Shown here: in pieces, positions 17,549 through 24,772 of the stretch | How the letters are laid out: each line of letters starts with the position of its first letter | Numbering within the stretch: position 1 is the stretch's first letter | Assembly: GCA_003220345.1 (NCBI GenBank) | Contig: QHSC01000101.1 | Location: 5,693 to 69,692 of the forward strand | Length of the DNA stretch: 64,000 bases | Source: Candidatus Rokuibacteriota bacterium | GTDB lineage: Bacteria; Methylomirabilota; Methylomirabilia; Rokubacteriales; CSP1-6 | Reading direction: 5' to 3' | Notes under the pieces: generated by a model | What the model saw: only the letters and a program-made list of their open reading frames with translations | Databases searched by the model: none | Told to the model about the DNA's origin: nothing | Translations under genes and position numbers: made by a program

Positions 17549-19282
17549 ATGAGTCTCGGGAGGTGGTGGCGCGCGAGACGGGCCCGCCTGCGCCAGCTCT
17601 GGGTGGTGGGCGCCATCGCCGCCTGCGCGGTGACGGCGGGCTCGGCCATGGGCTACTTCGAGTCGCTCCAGGTCCGGGCGCTCGACCTCCTGATGTATCT
17701 GCAGAGCCCGCGCCAGCCCGGCACCATCGTCATCGTGGCCGTGGACGACGCGGCCTTCGACGCTCTCGGCCGGCGCCAGCCCATTCCCCGCGACTACCTG
17801 GCCCGCGTGCTGCGGGGGGTCGGGCGCGCGGGCGCCGCCACCGTGGGGTTCGACATCTCCTTTCGCACGGCGGGGCCCGCCGCGGAAGACGCCGCGCTCG
17901 CCCGGGCCATCGCGGAGTTCACGGAGCAGGGCTCGCGCCGGCTCGTGGTGGCGAGCGCGGCGCTTCCCGAACGGGGCCCGCTCGCCGATTCGTCGCTCGC
18001 AAAGCTGATCGTGCTGAGCGCGCCTGAAGTCCCCGTGGACGGCGACGCCATCGTCCGGCGCGTCGTGGTCAAGGTGGGTCGGGATGTCGCCTTTGGCGCC
18101 GCCGTCACCCAGTCCGAGGCCTCCGAGCCTGGTCAGGTTCTCCCCATCAACTTCGTCGGCCCCTCCGGGAGCTTCCTGACCATCCCCTCCGACGCGGTCG
18201 CCGCCATCGGTGACGCCGGCGCGGACCTTGCCGGAGACAATCCGCTGCGCGGGCGCATCGTGCTCGTGGGCGGCACCTTCCAGGACGGTCGCGATTTTCA
18301 CATGACGCCCTTCGGCCGGATGGCCGGGGTCGAGATCCAGGCGAATATCGCCCAGATGCTGCTGACCCAGAGCTTCGTCCGGCCCGCGGGGTGGATCGCC
18401 GTGCTCGGCGTCCAGCTCATGGCCGTGCTCCTCGCCGGGCTGGTGATGACGGCGATGCGGCCGCTCTGGGGCACGGCGGTCTGCCTGGCCGCCGCCGCGA
18501 TCCTGGGCATTCCCGCGAGCCTGGCCGCGCTGAGACGTGGCTATCTGGTGGACTTTCTTCTTCCTGTCCTCGCCGTGGCCCTTCTCGGGCTGGGTGCCGA
18601 TCTCCTGGCGCGGCGGCGGCTCCGCGAGGCCCTCGGCCGCTACGTCAGTCCCGAGGTCGCCGCGCGCGTCGAGCGCAGACCCGAGGAGCTGGCGGGCGAG
18701 CGACGCGAGGTCTCCATCCTCTTCTCCGACCTGCGGGGCTTCACCACGCTCTCCGAGCGAATGGCGCCCGAACAGATGGCCGCGCGACTGACCGAGTACT
18801 TCGATGCCATGACGGCGGCCATCTTCGAGCATCGGGGCATGGTGAACGATTTCATCGGCGACGCGATCATGGCCGTGTTCGGCGCTCCCCTCGACGATCC
18901 GGATCACGCTCGCCACGCCGTCGAGAGCGCGCTCGGCATGCAGCGGGCCCTCGCGGGCCTCAACCGGCGCTGGGAGTCCGAGGGACTGCCGCCGCTCCGC
19001 ATGGGGCTCGGCGTGCACACCGGCGAGGTGTTCGCGGGAAATGTCGGCCGGGAGGGCAAGGTCAAGTACGCTGTGGTGGGGGACACGGTCAACCTCGCGT
19101 CCCGTGTCGAAGGCTTGAACAAGGAGCTCGGCACCATCATGCTGGTGACGGAGTCGGCCTATCGCAAGGCAGCCCTGGACGTGGGCGTGACCGACCGCGG
19201 GCTGGTGCAGGTCAAGGGACGACAGGAGCCCGTGCGGATCTACGAGGTCGCGCCGCCGGAGCCCGACGAGGGAGAGTGCTGA
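17549..19282 (+). CDS. CHASE2 sensor domain-containing class III adenylate/guanylate cyclase
   Basis: 577 aa. It has an N-terminal TM helix, a periplasmic CHASE2-like region (IVAVDDAAFDALG...), 3 TM helices, and a cyclase domain (EVSILFSDLRGFT...DFIGDAIMAVFGAP...VGDTVNLASRVE). Confidence 0.88.
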   Translation: MSLGRWWRARRARLRQLWVVGAIAACAVTAGSAMGYFESLQVRALDLLMYLQSPRQPGTIVIVAVDDAAFDALGRRQPIPRDYLARVLRGVGRAGAATVGFDISFRTAGPAAEDAALARAIAEFTEQGSRRLVVASAALPERGPLADSSLAKLIVLSAPEVPVDGDAIVRRVVVKVGRDVAFGAAVTQSEASEPGQVLPINFVGPSGSFLTIPSDAVAAIGDAGADLAGDNPLRGRIVLVGGTFQDGRDFHMTPFGRMAGVEIQANIAQMLLTQSFVRPAGWIAVLGVQLMAVLLAGLVMTAMRPLWGTAVCLAAAAILGIPASLAALRRGYLVDFLLPVLAVALLGLGADLLARRRLREALGRYVSPEVAARVERRPEELAGERREVSILFSDLRGFTTLSERMAPEQMAARLTEYFDAMTAAIFEHRGMVNDFIGDAIMAVFGAPLDDPDHARHAVESALGMQRALAGLNRRWESEGLPPLRMGLGVHTGEVFAGNVGREGKVKYAVVGDTVNLASRVEGLNKELGTIMLVTESAYRKAALDVGVTDRGLVQVKGRQEPVRIYEVAPPEPDEGEC

Positions 19283-19284
19283 GC

Positions 19285-20244
19285 ATGGTCAAGATTCTTG
19301 CGGTACGGCTTGGGACGGTTCTGCTCGGCTGGACGCTGGTCCTCCCGACGGTGGCGATGGCCGCGGATCCCGTGGCGGTGGTCACCGAGATCCGCGCGGA
19401 GGGCGGCCAGGTCGAGGTGAAGCGGGTGGGGGAGTCCGCGTGGGGGGCGGCCCAGCCCCTGCAGGCGCTGCGCGCGGGTGACCAGATCCGCGCGGGCGGC
19501 GCCGCGCGCGCGGCCGTCGTCTTCACGGGTGGGCGGGGAGCGCAATCGGTCTCCTCGGCCAACTCGCCGTTCACGGTGCAGCCGCCTGCTGCCGCCGCCT
19601 CCGGCGACAAGCTGCGCGGTCTCGTGGGCGGGGTCACGGACTTTCTCTCGGGGAAGCAGAAGGATCTGGCGTATCTCCCGCTCTCGGTGCGCAACGTGCG
19701 CCCGCCGCGCGTGGTCCAGCTCGCGCCGCGGGACACCAAGATCCTCCCCGGCGCGGTGGCCTTCGAGTGGAGCGGCTCGGACACCCTGCGCTACCGCGTC
19801 CGCGTGCTCTCCGCTCAGGGGCTGCTCTGGGAGCAGGCGGATCTTCCGCGACGTCCGGTTGCCTATCCCGCCTCCGCGCCCGCGCTCCAGCCCGGCGTCC
19901 GCTATCTCTGGCAGCTCGAGACCACGGGGCAGCCGGTCCAGCAGACCGAGTTCGAGATCCTGGCGCCCGGCGATGCCGCGCGCGTGCGGGAGTCGCTCGG
20001 CATCCTCGTCCCCGCCTCGCTCCCCGGCTATCCCGACTCGAGCGTGGCCATCATGCGCGCCGGCTATCTCCTCCGCGACGGGCTCTACGCCGAGGCCCGG
20101 CGCGAGCTCCTTGCCGCCCAGGCCAAGGATCCCGACGAGCCGACCCTGCATCTGCTGCTGGGGCAGGTCTACGAGACCACCGGCCTGACCGACCTCGCCC
20201 AGCGGGAGTACGTGGACGCCCGGGACCTCTCGGCCCGTCGGTAA
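19285..20244 (+). CDS. secreted FecR-like / DUF928-like / TPR-like protein
   Basis: ATG 19285 is 2 nt after the cyclase stop. Signal peptide ...LPTVAMAADP. FecR-type pattern GQVEVKRVGESAWGAAQPLQALRAGDQIRAGGAARAAVVF. The middle region has F.W...Y.V.V...L.PG..Y.W, reminiscent of DUF928. The C-terminal helical repeat is YAEARRELLAAQAKDPDEPTLHLLLGQVYE. Confidence 0.65.
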   Translation: MVKILAVRLGTVLLGWTLVLPTVAMAADPVAVVTEIRAEGGQVEVKRVGESAWGAAQPLQALRAGDQIRAGGAARAAVVFTGGRGAQSVSSANSPFTVQPPAAAASGDKLRGLVGGVTDFLSGKQKDLAYLPLSVRNVRPPRVVQLAPRDTKILPGAVAFEWSGSDTLRYRVRVLSAQGLLWEQADLPRRPVAYPASAPALQPGVRYLWQLETTGQPVQQTEFEILAPGDAARVRESLGILVPASLPGYPDSSVAIMRAGYLLRDGLYAEARRELLAAQAKDPDEPTLHLLLGQVYETTGLTDLAQREYVDARDLSARR

Positions 20245-20320
20245 ATACCCGGGCTTCCAAGCCAGTTTCCCGCTCTCGCCAGGTTTGACACGACCGTGTC
20301 CGTCCGGATACGGTCGTCAC

Positions 20321-22747
20321 ATGGCTTGTTCAGACCTGAAGCGTCCTGCGCTCCTTGCGGCCCTCGCCCTTGCCCTCGTGCTCGCGCCGGCGCTCGCCCA
20401 CGCGCAGGCCAAGCCGCGAGCCGAGCGGCCGACGTATACCCTCGGCGAGAAGTGGGTCCGCAACGACGGCCTCTACGAGCTGATCCGCATCGAGAAGGAC
20501 GTCTACGTCTTCTCCACGAGGCCGCGATGGGAGATCCACCTGACCAAGGATCTCGGAATCGCCCGCGCGCAGCGGGGGGACAGCGTCCTCGATTTCAACC
20601 CGCCCATCGAGATGAAGTGGCCACTCGAGGTCGGCAAGTCCGGTTACCAGAGCAGCTTCTGGGAGACGACGAGCACCGCCGGGCGCTCGTTCCCCGTCTC
20701 GATCAACTGGAGGGTCGTCGACTACGAAGATGTCCAGGTGTTCGCGGGAACCTTCAAGGCCTTCCACATCGTCCTCACGTTTACCAATCAGGGTGGCCGC
20801 AGCTTCGAAAATCATCTCTGGTACTCGCCGGAGGCGCGCCAGTACATCAAGGCGGAGGGATCCTCCGGTATTCTCCGCTTCCAGCTGGTCGGCCTCGATC
20901 ACCCCACCGCCGGTCCGATACAGTTCGCGCTCGAGGGCATGCCCGAGAAGGAGCGCGTGGGCATCGATACCCTCACGCTGGGGGGCAAGGTCACCGCGGG
21001 CAAGGGTCTGGCCTCGGTCGTCGTCACCCTGAACGGCGCCGAAGTGGCGAGCAAGAGCGAGCGGCGCGCCCCCAAGCCGGAGATCGCGCTGGACGTGCCG
21101 ATCAAGCTGCGCGAGGGCAAGAACGTCGTCATCGTGACTGCCGTGGATGCCGAGGGCACCACCCGGCAGGAGGCCCGCGGCGTCTTCTATCTGCCGCCTC
21201 GAGGCCCGGGCGTGGCGGGTGTGCCGCCCGGTCCCGGTCCGCCGATCGGCGCCCCCGTTCCACCTCCGGGCGGCCCATCTCTCCCCCAGCCGCCGCCTCA
21301 AGTCGCCTCACCCGCGCCCGCTCCTCCTCCAAAGGCGGTTCCGCTCCAGGTGACGCTCTCCTCGCCGGTCGATCAGGCGCGCTTCGACAACGAGACGGTG
21401 GCCCTGGCCGGGCTCGCCTCGGGGGGCAAGAGCGTGCGCCGCGTGGCCGTCTCCCTCAACGGGGTCGAGGTCGCGCGCCAGGAGCCCGGCACGACCTCGG
21501 CGGCCGTGAACCTGCCCATCAAGCTTCGCGAGGGCCAGAACACCGTGGTCATCACGGCCACGGATGCCGACGGCGTCACCCAGCAGGAGGTGCGGACCGT
21601 CTACTACGAGAAGGCCGCGCCGCTGACCGTGTCGTTCCGGTACCCCGAAGACCGCTCCCGCGTGACGGAGGAATCGAGCGTGGTGGCGGCGCTGGTGACC
21701 TCGAGCAAGGGCGTGGCCAAGGTCACGGTGGCCCTCAACGGCATCCAGGTCCACCAGCAGAGCGACAAGGCGCCGCCGCGCTCCATCGCGGTCAGCGCGC
21801 CCGTCACCTTCCGCGAAGGCGCCAATGCCATCGTGGTGACGGCCACGGAGCCCGACGGCACCATCAAGCAAGAGCTGCGCACCGTCATCTACGACAAGCC
21901 CACGCCGGCGGCCGCGGCGCCCGCCGCGCCGCCGCCCGTGAAGACGGCGAGCGACCGGTGGGCCGTCGTCATCGGCGTGGGACGCTACCAGAGCACGGAC
22001 ATCCCCTCGCTCCGCTACAGCGTGGCGGACGCCGAGGCCCTGTACCAGGTCCTCATCGGCCCCGGGGGCTTCCGGAAGGAGCACGTGCTCCTCCTGACCG
22101 ACAAGAGCGAGAAGCCGCCGACCCTGCGCAACATCAAATGGGCCCTCGGCACTTTCCTCGCGCGCTCGGCCAAGAAGGACGACACGGTGCTGATTTTCTT
22201 CGCGGGTCACGGCGCTCCCGAAGTGGACCAGCGGGGCGTCGAGCGCGACGGGCTGGCCAAGTACCTGATCCCCGCCGACGCCGACCCGGACGATCTGTAC
22301 TCGACGGCGCTGCCCATGGACGAGATGCAGACCATCTTCAGCCGGGTGGAGGCCGAGCGCATGGTCGTCTTCCTCGACGCCTGCTACAGCGGCGCGGCGG
22401 GGGGGCGCACCTTCAGCTCCAAGCGCACGCGGGCCAGCAACCTGGACGACCAGTTCCTCGAGCGGCTGACGCGCTCCAAGGGGCGCGCCATCATCACGGC
22501 CTCGCGCCCCTCCGAAGTGTCGATCGAGCTGCCGGAGCTCGGGCACGGCATCTTCACCTACTACCTCGTGGAAGGGCTCAAGGGCGCGGCCGACCTCAAC
22601 AAGGACGGCATTGTCACCGTCCAGGAGCTCTACGAGTACCTCGAGCAGCAGGTGGCCACGAAGTCGCGCTCGGTCGGAGCCAACCAGCATCCCGTCATGA
22701 AAGGCGAGATGGAAGGCGCCCTTCCCCTGGTCAAGGTGGCGCGCTAG
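20321..22747 (+). CDS. secreted multidomain caspase-family (peptidase C14) protein with three Ig-like repeats
   Basis: Signal peptide ALALALVLAPALAHAQA. About 170-aa unknown beta-rich domain, three ~90-aa repeats and a Pro-rich linker. The C-terminal C14 domain has His in FFAGHGAP (codon 22208-22210) and Cys in LDACYSG (codon 22382-22384). An alternative TTG start is at 20285. Confidence 0.85.
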   Translation: MACSDLKRPALLAALALALVLAPALAHAQAKPRAERPTYTLGEKWVRNDGLYELIRIEKDVYVFSTRPRWEIHLTKDLGIARAQRGDSVLDFNPPIEMKWPLEVGKSGYQSSFWETTSTAGRSFPVSINWRVVDYEDVQVFAGTFKAFHIVLTFTNQGGRSFENHLWYSPEARQYIKAEGSSGILRFQLVGLDHPTAGPIQFALEGMPEKERVGIDTLTLGGKVTAGKGLASVVVTLNGAEVASKSERRAPKPEIALDVPIKLREGKNVVIVTAVDAEGTTRQEARGVFYLPPRGPGVAGVPPGPGPPIGAPVPPPGGPSLPQPPPQVASPAPAPPPKAVPLQVTLSSPVDQARFDNETVALAGLASGGKSVRRVAVSLNGVEVARQEPGTTSAAVNLPIKLREGQNTVVITATDADGVTQQEVRTVYYEKAAPLTVSFRYPEDRSRVTEESSVVAALVTSSKGVAKVTVALNGIQVHQQSDKAPPRSIAVSAPVTFREGANAIVVTATEPDGTIKQELRTVIYDKPTPAAAAPAAPPPVKTASDRWAVVIGVGRYQSTDIPSLRYSVADAEALYQVLIGPGGFRKEHVLLLTDKSEKPPTLRNIKWALGTFLARSAKKDDTVLIFFAGHGAPEVDQRGVERDGLAKYLIPADADPDDLYSTALPMDEMQTIFSRVEAERMVVFLDACYSGAAGGRTFSSKRTRASNLDDQFLERLTRSKGRAIITASRPSEVSIELPELGHGIFTYYLVEGLKGAADLNKDGIVTVQELYEYLEQQVATKSRSVGANQHPVMKGEMEGALPLVKVAR
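20918..21898 (+). repeat. three tandem ~90-aa coding repeats (20918-21190, 21344-21613, 21614-21898), with a proline-rich linker (21191-21343) between the first and second
   Basis: Recurrent block (T/S/A)LNG.(E/Q)V......(V/L)(P/N).PIKLREG.N.V.(I/V)TA.D.(E/D)G.T.QE.R.V.Y is seen three times at protein level. It is still recognisable at DNA level (ccgatcaagctgcgcgagggcaag / cccatcaagcttcgcgagggccag). Confidence 0.85.
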
Positions 22748-24213
22748 GGGCTCTCGGTTTTCGTGGTCGGCTGGGAGCGCGGGGGCACGGCGGCCGCCCG
22801 ACGACGGCGGGGCGGCGGCGCGGCCTGCTCCTTCGCCAGCTCGGGCATGATCGACTCGATGAGGAGCAGGCTCGCCTCGCGCAGCGGCCGACCGATATGG
22901 TCGCGGATCCATCGCGCATCCCACCACTCGACCGGCGTCACCGAGATCCCTCCGATGAGCACCTCGAAGTGCAGGTGATCGCCCATGGCGAGGCCGGAGT
23001 CTCCGGACCGCCCGAGCTCCTGCTCCTGCCGCACCTGATCGCCTTCCTTGACCCCGATGGTCGAGAGATGCGCGTAGAGCGTCTGCAGTCCCAGCCCGTG
23101 ATCCACGATGACGGTATTGCCGTAGATCGATAGCGGCCCCGCGAAGACGACCACGCCCGCGTTCGCCGCGGGCACCGGCCCGTGGCGCACGGCGGCGAGG
23201 TCGTAGCCGAAATGGACCTGAGTGTCGACCTCGCGGCCGTGGTAGCGGTACGTGCGCGTCTCCGCGAAGTTGGAGAAGACCTTGGTGTTGCGCGGCTGGA
23301 GGAAGACGCCGTCCCAGAGCGGCCGCGGCTGCGTCTTGGCCGCCAGCGTGCGCTTGGTCTCCTCGGCCTGCTTGCGACGGTCGCGGTTGACGGTGAGAAA
23401 GGCCTCGAGGAGCTGGTCGCGCGGGATCACCCCGCCGCGCTCGGGCAGGAGCTCGGGAAGCTTGCGCTCCAGGAAGTCGTCCTTCACGTCGATCACGTCG
23501 CTCCTGAAGCGCCGGCCCTTGACCTCGACGGCGACGTTGCGCGTGGTGGTGTTGCCCGCCTCGTCCTGGGCGATGGCGGCGATGGGCGTCCCCACCTCGT
23601 AGTTCCAGGGGAGGGCGACGATGGCGACGTGGAGATTGGAGTCGGCCGGCCCCGCGGGATACGCCCGGAACGACAGGGGACCGACGCCCACCGCCACTCG
23701 GGAGGCGCCTCGAGAGCGCACGACCACGAGCCCGCCGCCGCCCTTGGCCCAGTAGCGCGTGGCCGAGACGACCTCGACGGAGGGCGGCGTGAAGTCGAGG
23801 GTGACGGGTATGGAGGCCACGGGCTTGTCGTCCACGCGAATGGGCCGCCAGAAGCCGTCGCGGGCGCGCACCTCGAGCACGGCGCCGCCTTCGCGCAGGC
23901 CCAGGGTGCCGCCGTTGATCACGAGCTCGATGCGCTGCGCACTCGACTCCGGGCCGGTGAAGGCCTGCTTGGTGAGGACCACGCGCGCGGGGCCCTGCTT
24001 GAGGCGGATCTCCACCGAGCGGACGCCGCCGCGCACCGCATGGAGATCCACGGCGAGCGGTGTCTTGACCCCGATCCAGCGCGGGACGGGCTCGAGGATC
24101 GCGCGGACGCCCGGAACGGACTGCCGCCACGCGAAGTATCCGAGGACGGCGACGACGAGGAAGGTGGGAATGACGATGATGCTGAACCAGAACCGGACGG
24201 TGGAGCGAGCCAT
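22744..24213 (-). CDS. M23 family (LytM-type) metallopeptidase, membrane-anchored
   Basis: 489 aa with an N-terminal TM helix (FWFSIIVIPTFLVVAVLGYFAW). C-terminal M23 motifs HFGYDLA, GNTVIVDHGLGLQTLYAHL and GDSGLAMGDHLHFEV are present. Confidence 0.88.
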   Translation of the reverse strand: MARSTVRFWFSIIVIPTFLVVAVLGYFAWRQSVPGVRAILEPVPRWIGVKTPLAVDLHAVRGGVRSVEIRLKQGPARVVLTKQAFTGPESSAQRIELVINGGTLGLREGGAVLEVRARDGFWRPIRVDDKPVASIPVTLDFTPPSVEVVSATRYWAKGGGGLVVVRSRGASRVAVGVGPLSFRAYPAGPADSNLHVAIVALPWNYEVGTPIAAIAQDEAGNTTTRNVAVEVKGRRFRSDVIDVKDDFLERKLPELLPERGGVIPRDQLLEAFLTVNRDRRKQAEETKRTLAAKTQPRPLWDGVFLQPRNTKVFSNFAETRTYRYHGREVDTQVHFGYDLAAVRHGPVPAANAGVVVFAGPLSIYGNTVIVDHGLGLQTLYAHLSTIGVKEGDQVRQEQELGRSGDSGLAMGDHLHFEVLIGGISVTPVEWWDARWIRDHIGRPLREASLLLIESIMPELAKEQAAPPPRRRRAAAVPPRSQPTTKTESP

Positions 24214-24298
24214 GCGGCAAGGATAGCAAGGTCCTCTCGCCGGGCTGCCAGGAATGTGCTGTAGTGCGAGCCGAGGGTTGAGTCAGGAGACGAGAGCC

Positions 24299-24721
24299 AT
24301 GATCGCCATGAGGCTGGCCGCGATAGGTTTTCTCGCGAGCGCCGCCGCGCATCTCCTTTCGTTCACGTCGTGGGCGCGGTGGCTCGGCGAGCGGACCATC
24401 TGGACGCTCGAGGTGGGCGTGTTCCTCCTCGCCCTCTGGATGATCGCGCGGCTCCGGCGAACCGCGGCCATCCGGCGGCAATGGGGACGCGTGGCCGTCC
24501 ACGACTGGCGAGGTCTCGTGGCCGCGGTGCCTCCGGGCCTGCGCTTCCTCGTGATCGGCGCCGCCCTCTACGCCTGGATGAACTTCGTCCTCTGCCTGAT
24601 GGTCGAGGAGGACGTCGTGACGCGCGCGGCGATCACGCTGCGCATGGCCACCGGCCACCTCCTCTTCTTCTATCTCGTCCCGCTCGTGTTCTTCGGCTGG
24701 GTCGACCCCGCCCGTCCTTGA
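24299..24721 (+). CDS. hypothetical membrane protein (4 predicted TM helices)
   Basis: ATG 24299 is preceded by AGGAGA. The ORF is hydrophobic and I recognise no family. Confidence 0.5.
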   Translation: MIAMRLAAIGFLASAAAHLLSFTSWARWLGERTIWTLEVGVFLLALWMIARLRRTAAIRRQWGRVAVHDWRGLVAAVPPGLRFLVIGAALYAWMNFVLCLMVEEDVVTRAAITLRMATGHLLFFYLVPLVFFGWVDPARP

Positions 24722-24746
24722 CACCCCCATACCCTTCCGCTAGAGT
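24718..24746 (+). promoter_or_regulatory. candidate sigma70-type promoter upstream of nuoL (TTGACA-17 nt-TAGAGT)
   Basis: TTGACA at 24718-24723, an exactly 17-nt spacer, TAGAGT at 24741-24746. It lies 27 nt upstream of the nuoL ATG (24773). Confidence 0.45.
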
Positions 24747-24772
24747 GTGGCGGGTTTGTACAGAAAAGCACA

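Noticed and set aside
21308-24730. Very long antisense ORFs: 1140 aa at 21308..24730 (-), 1253 aa at 42939..46700 (-), 986 aa at 16058..19018 (-), and 596 aa at 39739..41529 (-).
   Set aside because: They lie opposite genes with clear family signatures (caspase, mfd, dctM/cyclase, ABC permease). Their translations are low-complexity Arg/Gly/Asp/His-rich strings. This is the typical stop-codon-poor shadow frame of GC-rich DNA.
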